Shown here: positions 13,522 to 29,766 of the stretch, piece after piece
Layout: every line of letters starts with the position of its first letter
How positions within the stretch are numbered: position 1 is the first letter of the stretch
Assembly (NCBI GenBank): GCA_964016885.1
Contig: OZ024756.1
Location: 33,976,001 to 34,040,000, forward strand
Length of the DNA: 64,000 nt
Source: Eledone cirrhosa
Lineage: Eukaryota
Direction of reading: 5' to 3'
The notes under the pieces: model-generated
What the model saw: only the letters and a program-made list of their open reading frames with translations
The model's database searches: none
What the model was told of the DNA's origin: nothing
Translations under genes and position numbers: made by a program

Positions 13522-13700
13522 AACCAGTAAGACCCCGACAGCTGAGCTCAAGCCGTTTCGACGGCTAATTCTGGACTCGTCGAAACGGCTTGAGCTCAGC
13601 TGTCGGGGTCTTACTGGTTCCTATTACCCACTCTACTACCTCAAGTATTGAGTACTTTGGTGCGTTATGGTCCACCTGGTTCCTTACCACATTTCCTTCG

Positions 13701-13702
<2 letters not shown>
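13519..13702 (+). mobile_element. Penelope-like pLTR family A, fold-back copy with hammerhead 3' half
   Basis: GAAAC GGCTtgagctcAGCT GTC GGGG; seven copies in the window, all TA-flanked. Confidence 0.8.
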
Positions 13703-13761
<59 letters not shown>

Positions 13762-13763
<2 letters not shown>

Positions 13764-13884
13764 TCTCAAACATCTATCATGCGTCCTGGAGGCCGAAGGT
13801 TGTTCAATATTTTTTTTCAATTTTTTGCGTGTCAAAATTAAGGCGCGTCCTGGTGGATGAGGTGTCTTCTTCACCGGGTAATAC

Positions 13885-13886
<2 letters not shown>
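13762..13886 (-). mobile_element. Possible Tc2/pogo-type DNA transposon end
   Basis: Minus strand TA|CCGTATTACCCGGTGAAGAAGACAC..CCAGGACGC with a repeated ccaggacgc motif; partner TIR not found. Confidence 0.4.
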
Positions 13887-14469
<583 letters not shown>

Positions 14470-14650
14470 ATTTATATGTATATATATATATATATATGTG
14501 TATGTATGTATATATATATATATTTAAGTGGTAAGAAACTCTCAACAGAGATGGAAAGATGAAGGTCTTTAGAGAAGAAACACCCCTCAAGCATGTGTCT
14601 TGGCCCTTAATATAATTAAATATAATATTATGCAATATATAATACAAACA

Positions 14651-14767
<117 letters not shown>

Positions 14768-14797
14768 ATATGTACACTCACACACACATACACATAC

Positions 14798-14840
<43 letters not shown>

Positions 14841-15232
14841 CATATATGTGTGTGTGAGAGCGTGTGATAGTACTAATTGTCTTTGAATGAAAATTATTCA
14901 AAACATGACATTTACATCCAGGAGACTACTTAATTCTTAATCTTTCACTGATGTGGCCTGAAGTAGGAACCGAAAACACACGTACCAAAAACTAATCCAA
15001 GTATCTTAAACAATAGTCGCTTTATAGTTGAATCACTTAGTGTTAATATATTCAAGATGAACGGAAATCTCAAGAAAGTGTATTATCATTTCAGTTCGCA
15101 GTCATCTCATTCTAATGTATTTAATGTATATCCGGTTGTTAAAACTTTGATCTCATGAAACATATTTGGATGAACCTTGGCAACACGATTCACTCACACG
15201 AACACAGGCGCACAGACACGTACACACACAAA

Positions 15233-15329
<97 letters not shown>

Positions 15330-15354
15330 TTTTTTAACGATATATGTATATATT

Positions 15355-15463
<109 letters not shown>

Positions 15464-15914
15464 AAAAGGTAAACAGAAATTACAAAGCAAACGACACAGT
15501 TCATTGAACAAATATATGAGTTTAACGCTTTTTTATTTCACGATGAGTGTCTTTACGTTTCGGAGAATAGTCCTTAATCAGAAAAAATAGGAAAAGAATT
15601 GAAAGATGAAAAAGAAAGATAGAGAGTGAGTGAAAAGAAAGTAGGGAAAGGAAATTTTGAGAAAAAAACACGTACGTGTTCCGTCAGCCACTTTAGAGAA
15701 AATATATATGTGTGTGTGTCTGTATGTCTGTCTGTCTGTCTGTCTGTCTCTGTGTGTGCCTGTTAAAATGATCAGGACCTATTTTACTCCTTGCTATAAA
15801 TATGGTAGATATAATTTAACGTCAACCGCGGGTGTTAAACATCATCAACAATATTTTTAAATTAGTTAAATTATAGACTTGCCTATCTATACAAGACTCG
15901 AGTCCTTGTTTTTG

Positions 15915-16000
<86 letters not shown>

Positions 16001-16029
16001 CATTATGTGTATATATATTATATATATAT

Positions 16030-16073
<44 letters not shown>

Positions 16074-16148
16074 AAAGATTATATATATAAACTTTTACTC
16101 GTTTCGCTCTCGCCCTGGGATAACTCTATGACGAGGCTCTGCATTTAT

Positions 16149-16271
<123 letters not shown>

Positions 16272-16283
16272 TATATATTTATA

Positions 16284-16326
<43 letters not shown>

Positions 16327-16663
16327 TCTATAGTTCTTAGCTTATATATACTTGTGATATATTTTCAGGGGAATCATATTATTTAAGACATTGAATTTAA
16401 ATTTTCTTTTATTCGGTTGTATATTTCTGGAAACGGCAACTATTTTCAAATATCTTTTTTTCAAATATCTTTTTTGAATATTTTATTTCTGTAGGGAAAG
16501 CCTTTATTCTTTAACCACAATGCTGAAGGCAATGAATACAATTTAAAAATCTTTCTTCGAAAGATGCGATGTATCGATGAAAAAATTTCTAAAATATCCG
16601 CGAGCCAATAAATTTTAAGGAAGACGAAATTATACAGGATTATATAACTGTATATGTATGTAC

Positions 16664-16696
<33 letters not shown>

Positions 16697-16720
16697 TATA
16701 TATATATATATATACATATA

Positions 16721-16754
<34 letters not shown>

Positions 16755-16764
16755 CATACATATA

Positions 16765-16814
<50 letters not shown>

Positions 16815-16819
16815 CATAC

Positions 16820-16851
<32 letters not shown>

Positions 16852-16877
16852 TTATTTATATATATACATATATATAC

Positions 16878-16908
<31 letters not shown>

Positions 16909-17044
16909 GATATATGTACGTATGTATGTATATATATATATATACACACATATATATATATGTATGTGTTTCTATAAATATATATATATATATGCGCATA
17001 TATATATATATGAATGTACATACATATATAAGTATATGAATATA

Positions 17045-17081
<37 letters not shown>

Positions 17082-17642
17082 GAATATACATATTATATAT
17101 ATGTGTGTGTATTTATGTGTGCATGTATGTGCGCAGCTCTCTGTTTTATGTGTGTATGCGTGTGTGTCTGGGTCTCTGTATGTTTGTATGTGTGTGTGAG
17201 AGAGAGAGTGTGTGTGTGTGTGTGTATGTGTTTGTGTGTGTGTATGCGTAGTGTGTGCGTGTGTGTCCCTGTGTGTGTGTGTGTGTGTGTGTGATTCTGA
17301 TCGAAATACGATGGTGTATAATCAAAAATAACAAAGAGTGAAGAATAGATTATTTACTTTTTAGAATAGAATATTGGGAGAGAGAGATATACTTGGCTAT
17401 CAAAAATAGATGCAAACTTATGTAAAGTATCCTGTGTTATCGTAAAGCCTCAACACGTGTCGGGGCTATAGGTAAAGCCTCAACACTTGTCGGGGCTATA
17501 GGTGAGCATTTGGGACGTTCAAAGCCCGTTCAATCTTCTCAATCTCTCACCGTATATTTCTATCTAAACTGCACACGTCATACAATACGTTTTAGTAAGT
17601 GTCGAGATATCTCTCTTGTTATATATGTCTGTATGTATGTCA

Positions 17643-18247
17643 GGTCACCGATTGGTGCTACTTGTAACATGTATCCCAGTACAACCTGTCTCATGGTCGG
17701 GTCGTTTGCGACTAAACTGGCAACCCCACCAAGGTTTCCTTGGTGAGGAGGGGTGACTTTGACATCCTGCAGGACTAAAGTCAAAACCTGTCAAAGGGCC
17801 AAGAGAGCTCTTAAGATTCAATGGCCATCCAAAATCACCGGGAGACATGACCCTTAGCCTTTGTCAAGGCAGAATTCTAGGAGAAGGAAAACTCTGATAT
17901 AACACCTGCAACCCTCATGGTATCCAATGATGTTGACTTGTTCTTCTTTTTGGTAAATATCATCTTGGTTAAGAGAGTGGGACTGGCTTTGTGCAGTGCC
18001 TTTACTCACTATAAAAGCTTCACGGCACAGGCATTGCTTTATATCTGGAGATCTCTCTGCACTTGTCGTCACATGGTACCATGGGCCCAGCACAGTGTGT
18101 CAATAATTGTCACAAGTGTAGTGTTTGTACCAGAGTTTTCAAGTCGCTGGCTGGACTAAAAAGTCACACTCGTTCAGCGCATTGGTAGGGGTTCTCCTAC
18201 ATGGATATAAAATAGTGGCCATACTCGAAAACGAGTTGGCAGCCACC
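17643..18247 (+). mobile_element. RTE-derived non-autonomous (bipartite) retroelement; 3' copies at 30353-30647 (+) and 60353-60596 (-)
   Basis: 18108-18188 encodes CHKCSVCTRVFKSLAGLKSHTRSAHW*, a C2H2 finger like the RTE/BovB ORF C-terminus; no RT present; three highly similar copies. Confidence 0.7.
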
Positions 18248-18364
18248 GTGTATATACGTACGCATATATGTATATATGTCTGCATGTATGTGTGTATGCA
18301 GATATGTATACATGTATGTATGTATCTATATATATGTGTGTGCGTGTGTGTGTATGTATGAATG

Positions 18365-18395
<31 letters not shown>

Positions 18396-18442
18396 ATACA
18401 TGTATGTATCTATCTACAAATATATATATGTGCGTGTGTATG

Positions 18443-18497
<55 letters not shown>

Positions 18498-18763
18498 GTA
18501 TGTATACATGTATGTACCTATCTATATATATATATATGTGCGTGTGTATGTATATATATATATATATATATGTGTATGTATGTATGTATGTATGTATATA
18601 TGTATGTATCTATCTACATATATATATATATATATGTGTGTGTGTGTATGTATACATGTATGTATCTATCTACATATATATATATGTGCGTGTGTATGTA
18701 TATATATATATATATGTGTGTGTGTATGTATGTATGTATGTATATATGTATGTATCTATCTAC

Positions 18764-18849
<86 letters not shown>

Positions 18850-19007
18850 CTAATTCGTATATTTGTTAATAGTATCATTACTATAATGGACAGATCGTTG
18901 TGGAAATTTCCATAAAATGATCTAATCACAGTAATTTTTACTGTTTTTATTTTTCAAGAATGTTTTACTAATGAAGTTCCATGTGATAAAAATTGTTAGC
19001 AGTTAAT

Positions 19008-19190
19008 ACTGTTCGATCCGGGATAACCACAGTAAGTGGAGTGTATATAACAAATTTAATATACAAATGGCTTTTACAGGACTAGAACTGTTTCATTCGA
19101 AGGAAATTGTCAGGAAAGCCTGAGGACTTCCTGATAATTTCCTTCGAATGAAACAGTTGTAGTCCTGTAGAAGCCATTTCTATATTAAAA
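19008..19190. mobile_element. Diverged family B fold-back with two hammerhead motifs (- 19069-19120; + 19125-19175)
   Basis: Same core layout as 13398, with stem I changed to CTTC/GAAG and GGCTTT/AAAGCC; core CTGAYAA. Confidence 0.65.
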
Positions 19191-19319
19191 ATATGGCTGC
19201 CGAGTTACACACGTCTTTAGCTCTACTGTCTGATATGTTTCCTCCCATCCGTTTCCTATTTCTTCTTCCCTCACCCAAACATAATTTCTCTATCTATCTC
19301 TTTCTCTCTGTCTCTCTCA

Positions 19320-19433
<114 letters not shown>

Positions 19434-20056
19434 ATCTCTCTCTCTCACACACACTCTCTCTCTCTCACTCTCTGTATCTATCTATATCTACCTATCTTCT
19501 TATGAAGAACTAGCATCTGGAAAGTTAAGGCTCTTCTCTTGTATCAAACATTAAACTAATATATATCACCATTCTATTGTATGGCTCTCCTGAGATTTCT
19601 AGATAGATAGATAAATAGATAGATAGATGGATAGATAGATAGATAGATGAAAATGAAATAAAACTGATATACATAATAGAATAATAAAAATAAAAATATA
19701 CAATATAAATTAGAATGTGTTTATGTATATTAGAAGTATCAAACGTAGCACAAAATATGGAATATATAGTAGATAATGTTAACATTTAAATATTGGATAT
19801 CATATATAGTAATAAAAGAAATAGCAACAATAAATAAATCATTTATATATATATATATATATAGTGAATAAATGAATTAGGGGTGTAGGACTAAAGTAAT
19901 ATAAGAATATAAGAAAACAGAATATAGAATATAAATTATAAGAATGTATAATAAGACCTAATAAGGTAAATATAAATATTTAATGAAATGTCTACTTGAA
20001 TATATATATGTATGTATATATATATATATATATATGTATACATATATATATATATG

Positions 20057-20169
20057 TATAAATATAAATTATACATATCATATAATATACATTGTACATG
20101 AATATATTGCATATATTATATTCATTATATGTATGGTAAATTATATATATTATATATATATATATATAA

Positions 20170-20209
<40 letters not shown>

Positions 20210-20226
20210 ATATATATATATATTAT

Positions 20227-20283
<57 letters not shown>

Positions 20284-20370
20284 ATTTACCATACATATAA
20301 TGAATATAATATATGCAATATATTCATGTACAATGTATATTTATATGATATGTATAATTTATATTTATAT
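20057..20370. repeat. ~90-bp AT-rich inverted repeat around a TA tract
   Basis: cattgtacatgaatatattgcatat...gtatggtaaatt mirrored at 20281-20370. Confidence 0.8.
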
Positions 20371-21247
20371 AATAAATATAATATATTTAATATATAAAAA
20401 TATATAAAATATTTATAAAATATATATTATATAATATATTTAATATATAAAATATATAAAATATTTATAAAATATATATTATATACACAATATATATATA
20501 ATATGTATAGTGTATCTAATATATATATCGTGTATAATATATACAATATATACTATATATAATATATATACTATATATATTATATATATTATATATATAA
20601 TAATTATAATATATATAATATATATAAAATGTATATTATACATGATATACATGATACAGAATAAGAAGATGAACAAGAACATAAATGAAAATTCTCTAAA
20701 TACTAAATCTAATTAAGGGCAGTGAGGAATATCGAAAATGAATTTAATGAAAAAAATTATTAAAAGATATTTCTATGAATATCAATGTAGTTGTAATAGT
20801 ATTGCAGGTGTTTTATGTTAAATATATGATAGGAATTGTCTAAAAATGTGTACATAAATTCTTACATGTTTTTTTAAATGTTTATGTTAGGAATTAGTGT
20901 ATTTATACTGATCTAATTGGAAATTACCTATTCTCATGTTCATTTATTTGCTAGGCAGTATTCAAGTTTATAATACATTATACTCTGTGTTTCTCATCGA
21001 AGTTGCAGATATACTTAACCAATGAGAATTATTTCTTTCTATACTCTGGGTTCCAGATGGGTTCCGGAGGAGAATATGTGCTGCATGGATCAGATTTTAA
21101 AACGATTGGCTGTAGAACCAGTGTAATAACTTTCTATATACGCCGATGAGGTGAATTTTCCTTCATTTCTGTTGAGGAGGAGAGAAGACATAGTGATATT
21201 ACAATTACACATGGATCAAGTTTCAGATTTGTTTATTATTACATGTA

Positions 21248-21436
21248 GGTGGATTGGCAGTATCGGTAGAGAGTCGGACACCATGCTTTGAAGCATAGAG
21301 TTACGGCCCTTTATGATCTGAGTTCAAATCCCGCCGAGGTTAACTTTGCCTTTCATCCTTACGGGCTCGATAAAATAAAGTACCAGTAATACACTGGGTA
21401 TTTGCTGGCCTTGTGCCAAAAGTAGAGACAATTATT
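21248..21436 (+). mobile_element. tRNA-derived SINE, near full length
   Basis: Matches the family sequence seen at 52237-52428. Confidence 0.85.
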
Positions 21437-22028
21437 ACATGTATATACATGTCTGCAATTGAATGATGTCTTCTGTAAAACTTGGGGTATTAAAGTAATG
21501 AGATTTTTTCAATCTAACTATAGCTAAACGTTTACTGTATTTTGCTTAATTAGCCTGCAGCTTATATCAATGATTAAAGCGAAGCTTATATTTTTTTACT
21601 AACCACAATTTTGATGTCGAACCAGATTGAGTCATCTTTTATCATTCATATCTCACTTCGTATTTCTGATCTTCTATTTAAATGTCGCTTAATTTGACAT
21701 TAAAGGATCTCACAGGCTAACGCATGGCGTTTCTTACTAAGAGTGCGTTATTAAAGATTATTAAAAAGTAGTGAAAATCCGCCTACTAATATTGGTATAT
21801 TGCTGATTAAGTTTGTTACAACAATGGAAGGTTGCATTTATTGTCTATGTATATAGTAACGTTTTTCATTGATTACTATGTATATGGAAGGGAAGAAGCT
21901 GATGATCAAAGTTACCTCAGCATACAGAGGATAACGGTATATTAGAACATTAATCTGAAGAACAGGCTGTGATGAAGCTATTACTTGTAATCTAACTTGA
22001 GGATAATCTAGTTGTGGCATATATATAC

Positions 22029-22089
<61 letters not shown>

Positions 22090-22142
22090 TATAATATATA
22101 TATTTATATATATATTTACATTTATAATAGATATAAATATTC

Positions 22143-22173
<31 letters not shown>

Positions 22174-22237
22174 GAATTGGTGCTCTGAAATAGGCAACTA
22201 CTCCTCCTGTTTGCTGAAGCAAACAGGAGGAGTAGTT

Positions 22238-22282
22238 GGCTTTGATAAGCATCAATAAATGCGAAACAAGGCCTTGTCAGCT
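22238..22282 (+). ncRNA. Hammerhead, U3-A8 variant with 12-nt palindromic stem III, inside a TA-flanked island (~22168-22410)
   Basis: GGCT-TTGATAA-GCATcaataaATGC-GAAA-CAAGGCCTTG-TC^AGCT; preceded by a perfect 21-bp hairpin at 22195-22238. Confidence 0.8.
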
Positions 22283-22404
22283 TTATCTCCCCTGTTTGCT
22301 GAGAATTAAAGTAAGTGAGGCTGTCACTACTCTAAAACAATAGCATAAGGTCTTCGAAATGCTTTTAATTAAGCATACAGTGTATTGCAAAATACACTAT
22401 ATAT

Positions 22405-22478
<74 letters not shown>

Positions 22479-22536
22479 TCTGTCTGCCATGTACTCCATA
22501 AACAGAGTTTTTTCACTTATATTTAATATGTATTAC

Positions 22537-22685
<149 letters not shown>

Positions 22686-22936
22686 CGTGTGTGTGTGTAT
22701 GGATGGATGTGCGTGTCTGTCTGTAAATGGAGGGTAAATGTGTAGTTGATGTAAAATCATAACAAATTGCATGATTCTCATTGTTTGACATAAAATACAA
22801 TGGAAAAAAATATTGCATGACAGATAAATATCAATTTATTTCTATATATATGCACCAATATATACATATGTGTGTGTGTCTGTAAATATATAAATGTATA
22901 TATAATATGCATATATATATATATGTATATATGTAT

Positions 22937-23060
<124 letters not shown>

Positions 23061-23072
23061 TATATATATATA

Positions 23073-23127
<55 letters not shown>

Positions 23128-23156
23128 ATACACATATATATATATACATATATATA

Positions 23157-23229
<73 letters not shown>

Positions 23230-23867
23230 ATATATATATAATATGCATGCGCGTAGTATTTCTATAGAAATAGATGAGCAGATAATTATATTTGCGATGC
23301 TATTCATCTTAAGTGTTGAAAACATCATTGTCGGGATTATTTTTTAACTCAAAAGGATTTCTGTGTTGTTATTTGTTTTTGTTGTTGTTCTTTTTATTTG
23401 TTTGTTTCGTTACCCATTCGGATACTCGTAATAGATTGAGAAAACGAAAACTATGAATTACTGGCGCAATAAATATGCCCAATTGGTAATTTTATCGATT
23501 ATTAAACACGCAAAAATACAACATGGTCTCACATACACACAGATATATATATATATATATTAAAAATCATTATATTAAATATATATATCTATATTAAAAA
23601 TATATATATATATATAATATATACATCTATATTAAAAAAAATATATATATATACATACATATATATATATATATATATAATATAATATAATATAATATAA
23701 TATAATATAATATAATATAATATAATATATAGTGAGTGCGTTTCTATTCATATGTATATAATATACGCATGCGAATATACATACATACATGTACATAGCC
23801 GTAATATAACAGAGGGTTAATCCAGTTATTGAATATATATATATATATATATGTACATATGTATATG

Positions 23868-23913
<46 letters not shown>

Positions 23914-23971
23914 AGTATGTATGTAAATATATATTTACATACATACTCATATATATATATATATATATATA

Positions 23972-24055
<84 letters not shown>

Positions 24056-24457
24056 AATTTCTTAATGTTAATTATAGTTCCTAGGTTTCCTAAAATATAT
24101 AACCATTTGTAATAATATTTCCATATATATATATATATATATATTTATATTGTCACTGTCTATATATTTCAACGTTCATGGCATGTACAGCTCCAATATG
24201 TCATCTCTTTAAGTCGCAAGTTATATCATTCTTCAAAAAAAATCTAATATTTTTTACTTAATTTATATTTTACATGCTTTACCAATTTTACTTGTCGATT
24301 CTGTGGCTAAGACTGTTGCATTGAATATATGTACATGCATGTGTATGTATGTGTATATATATATATATATATATGTGTATGTGTGTGTGTGTGTGTGTGT
24401 GTATAATATATATATACATATATATATGTGTGTGTTTATGTATATATATGTATATTG

Positions 24458-24519
<62 letters not shown>

Positions 24520-24626
24520 TATATATATGTGTGTGTGTCTGTGTGTGTGTGTGTATTAATATCTATATGCATATATGCGTGTGGCAGTATATATATATTA
24601 ATATATATATATATGTATATAACGTG

Positions 24627-24716
<90 letters not shown>

Positions 24717-24722
24717 TATATA

Positions 24723-24810
<88 letters not shown>

Positions 24811-25177
24811 CTCGTTTATTATATGCCTGCGTCTTTTACGTTGCAATTTGTCATTGAAATGCAATCAGCTAGGTTGTTATTATATATATAGACGAATGAA
24901 TAGAAATGCACCGACATTACCAGATTTACGCAGACGATAGCAATCACGGAAGATATAGGGTATAATAAGAAGATAAAAATGCAAGAAAAGGCAGGAGAAG
25001 AGGGGGAGATAACTAGGATGGGGACATTGTATGCAGCATGTTACATCTCTCTTCTCGATTTCCCTTGAGAGACAAGTACAGTATATGTATTCTCCGGAGA
25101 AAAGCGGAAAATGAATTAGACAATTTCCAAAGGCGATAGAGATAGATACATACAAACACACACACACACACACATTC

Positions 25178-25219
<42 letters not shown>

Positions 25220-25381
25220 CCTCCTGTCTTAAATACAAACGTACACACACATATGCATATATATATATATACAAGTACAAATATGTGTATATATCTATAT
25301 ATCTCTGTGTGTGTATATATATATGTGTGTATGTGTCTGTTTGTGTATGCATGCACGTATGTATGTATATATGCATGTATG

Positions 25382-25483
<102 letters not shown>

Positions 25484-26317
25484 TGTATGTATATGTATAT
25501 ATATGTATATATGCATGCAGACATTAATCTTATCTCTCTTTGATGTAATGTGCACGTAAATCATTTTCACTTGCTGCTCTTTCGTATCACATTACGCATG
25601 CGCTCCGCTCCCAACATATTCCAGCTCTCATTCAATTTAGCAATATTAAAACAGACGTTGTAGAAGAAGGTGGTGAAAGGGGCTATTTGTGTATAAAAAA
25701 ACAACAACCATGAGGAATAAGAGTCTGGGCTATCCTTTATCCTTTAAAAACGATAAAAAGTGGTGAAGGGTTTGTGATTTTAAATTAATGGCGAAAGATG
25801 TTGGGGTACTTTCAAAACTATGAAGATGTGGTTATGGGTTATTTTAAAACCGATGAAGAATGGTGGTTGCTGTGTTGTGATTTTAAAATTATGAAGAAGA
25901 GTGTGTGACTGTGATGATGGAGAGTGCGTTACATGGTTGAGCTTTTATAACGATAAAAATGGATATAAAAGTGATTTTGATATTAAAACGATGAAGTTGG
26001 GTGTAGGAGTTGTTTTAGAAACGGTCCTCTTGATGTGGGGTAGCTAAGTTCGCTGCTCAGCTTTTCTAAACAAATTTATGTTAACGGATTCTTAAAGAGA
26101 AGCATGAAACAGCTGAAAAGACATGGACGATATCAAAGGACTTTGAAACACAGGGAGATAGTTAGAGAGAGAGAGAGAGGGGGGGGACATGTTGAAGGAT
26201 GGAGAAAGAAGGGAGAGGGTAGGAATCGAGAGAGAAGGGAAATAGAAGGGTGGGAGGTGTGAGAGGAGAAATGAAGAAACGAGGATAGAGAGAGAGAAGG
26301 GCGAGAGGAGAGAGAGA

Positions 26318-26354
<37 letters not shown>

Positions 26355-26885
26355 AGATAGAGAGAGAGAAGGGGGAGATGAGGGAGAAAAAAAGAAAGAG
26401 ATAGAAATAGAGAGAGGGAAAGAGAAGAGGAGAGAGAGAAAAATAAAGAGATAGGGATAGAGAGAGAGAAGAGAGAGAGAAGGAGGGAGAGAAACAAAAA
26501 GATAGGGATAGAAAGAGAGAATTGGGAGATGAGGGAGAGAAAAACAAAGAGATGGGGATAGAGAGATAGGAGGGAATGAAATAAAGGGATAGAGATATGT
26601 GGATGGCGAGAGGAGAGAGAGAGAGAAATAAAGTAACAGCGATGGAGAAAGAGAGAGTCAAGAATAGTCAGGGGGAGATAACTATAGGGATTTCATTGAC
26701 AATGAAAAACATCCATTCATCTTATTTATCGAATTCTCATGGAAAATTAGCATATTCAGGTGGTTATTTTTATATTCAATATATATTGAATTACACGAAG
26801 ATCGATGATACGAGGAAAATCACGTGTTGAACGTGTAGTAGGTATAGTGCACATGCAAAAAAAAATGCGTACATACATTCGCACG

Positions 26886-26971
<86 letters not shown>

Positions 26972-27024
26972 TACACACACTTTATATATATATATGTTTG
27001 TGTGTATATATAAATATATTTATA

Positions 27025-27096
<72 letters not shown>

Positions 27097-27191
27097 TATG
27101 AATATATATATATATGTATCAATATATGTATGTATTATATATATATGTATGAATATATATATATATATATATATGTCTATGTGTGTGTGTA

Positions 27192-27273
<82 letters not shown>

Positions 27274-27319
27274 CGTATACATATGTATATATATATATAT
27301 AAATATATATATGTATGAA

Positions 27320-27352
<33 letters not shown>

Positions 27353-27443
27353 GTGTACATACATATATGTATATATATATATATATATACATACGTACAT
27401 ACATACATACATACATACATACATACATACATACATACATACA

Positions 27444-27477
<34 letters not shown>

Positions 27478-28109
27478 CATATACAGTTTTTAAACGAGAG
27501 TGCAAGAAATGGGAAAGATAAGATACTTTTATATATGCAAACAAGTCTTATCTGCGTATTTCTCTACAACTTGAATAGATTAACATCTTAAACCGAAACC
27601 GAATTTTCATCTTTGTTGAATTTCTCATCAGAAGTTATTTATATCCTTTACAAACCACGGGAGAATGTGTCATTAATGGTTTTATATCAACTTCCAATGT
27701 AGCAATAACCATGAATCAAACCTGATAATTTGCATAACATTTCTTCTTTTCTAAAAGTCTTCGGGGCCGGTCTCTGTTTTGACTATATTCTCCGCATTTT
27801 CTCCTACCGTACTATGTGCGTTTCCTTCTTATCTCGTCTTTAATGCCTTAGAAAAAATATAGTTATGGCCGTCGTCTTTCTGGCTAACTCTTACAGAGGC
27901 TTTGAAACATAGCCCTGGGGCCCTGAGAAATATAGCGTCTTGAGCCCTATCTTTCCTTTCCAGTCTCTTTAATATTGAAAAGATATTGCCTTATAGAAGC
28001 TGCCTTTCTCGTTCTATCGTCTTTGAGGCTTTGGAACGTTATAACTTCTTAAGCGTCGTCCCACCTTCCTTAAACTCTAAGAGCTAGAAGAAAATATAAG
28101 TATAAGTGC

Positions 28110-28483
28110 TTTCATCCAAACAACAAAAGCTCCTTGATGACACTTACACTCGCCTGCTTCAACACATTCAGAACATAATCTGGTGACATCTGACTACGAA
28201 AGAAATATATGCCGGCCTCCCACGCATATCTGTCGTTGTACGTAAAAGGAGAGTAAGATTTGCTGGCCACTGCCATCGTGCCACCTACGAGGCTGTGTCC
28301 CCATTAGTGCTTTGGAAACCACAAGCAGTCACTAATAACATGGAGCGCAAGCTCTCCTACCCCGATGTTATCTCCAGAGATTCTGGTATTGAAATCCAGC
28401 ACTTGGCAACAGCAATGAACGACAGACCCACGTGGAGATCAATTGTTGAGTCCATTTCAGCTGAGGCCGCTGGATGATGATGA
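28110..28483 (+). mobile_element. RTE(-X)-clade LINE 3' fragment with (GAT)n tail
   Basis: QQQKLLDDTYTRLLQHIQNIIW*H..EIYAGLPRIS..RRVRFAGHCHR..LVLWKP..DRPTWR. Confidence 0.8.
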
Positions 28484-28954
28484 TAAGTGCTGTCCTTCAT
28501 TGCATGATTATACATTTTAAAAAATATATAAATGACTTGAACTATTATATATATTCAGGAAGAGTGAAAGAAAGAGTTGATCGTTGGGATGGGATGGGAA
28601 GATTTGAATAAATCTAAATGTATTCAAAATATATAGAAAAACAAAAATAATGAATAATTCTGAAAAGAAGCGTTCATGGTTTCCATATTGGCTCCTCACA
28701 GCGCTGTAAATTACGACATTTTATACACTTTTATGGAATTAATGAAACCACAAAGACATTCCTCAAATTCTTATAGTCTTTGCGGTGTGTGTGTGGGGGG
28801 GGGGGCTGTTGTTGCTGTTGTTGTTTTACTATGAATTGGAAATAATATAAAAGAAAGAAGTGAATTTGAATAGCCTCTGGCAATATAAAGCTTAGTTATA
28901 CGGCTATAGAGGGCAGAAAGTAACAGTGATACGGAAATAAAATTAATAAGTGTT

Positions 28955-29500
28955 AGGTGATGGTGATGGTGATGGTGAGGAGGACGATGATGGTGGTGGT
29001 GGTGGTGATGGTGGTGATGGTGGTGATGGTGGTAGTGGTGGTGATGATGATGAAGATGATGATGATGATGATGAGGATGATGATGATGATGATGAAGAAG
29101 AAGAAGAAGAAGAAGAAGAAGAAGAAGAAGAAGAAGAAGAAGAAGAAGAAGAAGAAGAAGAAGAAGAAGAAGAAGAAGAAGAAGAAGAAGAAGAAGAATC
29201 CCCACCACCACTACCGCCACTACCACCACCATCACCACCACTACCACCACCATTACCACCACTACCACTACCACCACCACCACCACCACTACCACCACCA
29301 CCACCACCATCCCCACCACCACAACCACCACCACCACCACCACTACCACCACTACCACCACCATCACCACCACCACCACCAGCCCCACTACCACCACCAT
29401 CACCACCACCACCACTACCACCACCACCACCACCACCACCACAACTACCACCACCACCACCACTACCACCACTACCACCACCACCACCATCACCACCATT
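28955..29500. repeat. Compound trinucleotide microsatellite (GGT/GAT/GAA/CCA)n
   Basis: Directly visible. Confidence 0.95.
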
Positions 29501-29656
29501 ATCATATCAAGTATTACATTTATGGACATCTCCTTCCAGCAATATTGTCATTTTTGCATTACAATACATACGTATATACATAATATATGCATATATACAA
29601 CTATATATATACATATATGCATGTACATATACATACACATATACGTATAATATACG

Positions 29657-29764
<108 letters not shown>

Positions 29765-29766
29765 AA

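Noticed and set aside
14948-14986. Degenerate hammerhead-like strings (also ~1195-1225, ~9520-9560, ~13040-13095, ~21955-21985, ~61962-61982)
   Set aside because: Core or stem I too damaged to call; possibly old PLE ends
25594-25610. NRF1-like acgcatgcgc motif as a promoter
   Set aside because: Single short motif with no supporting gene or CpG-rich context
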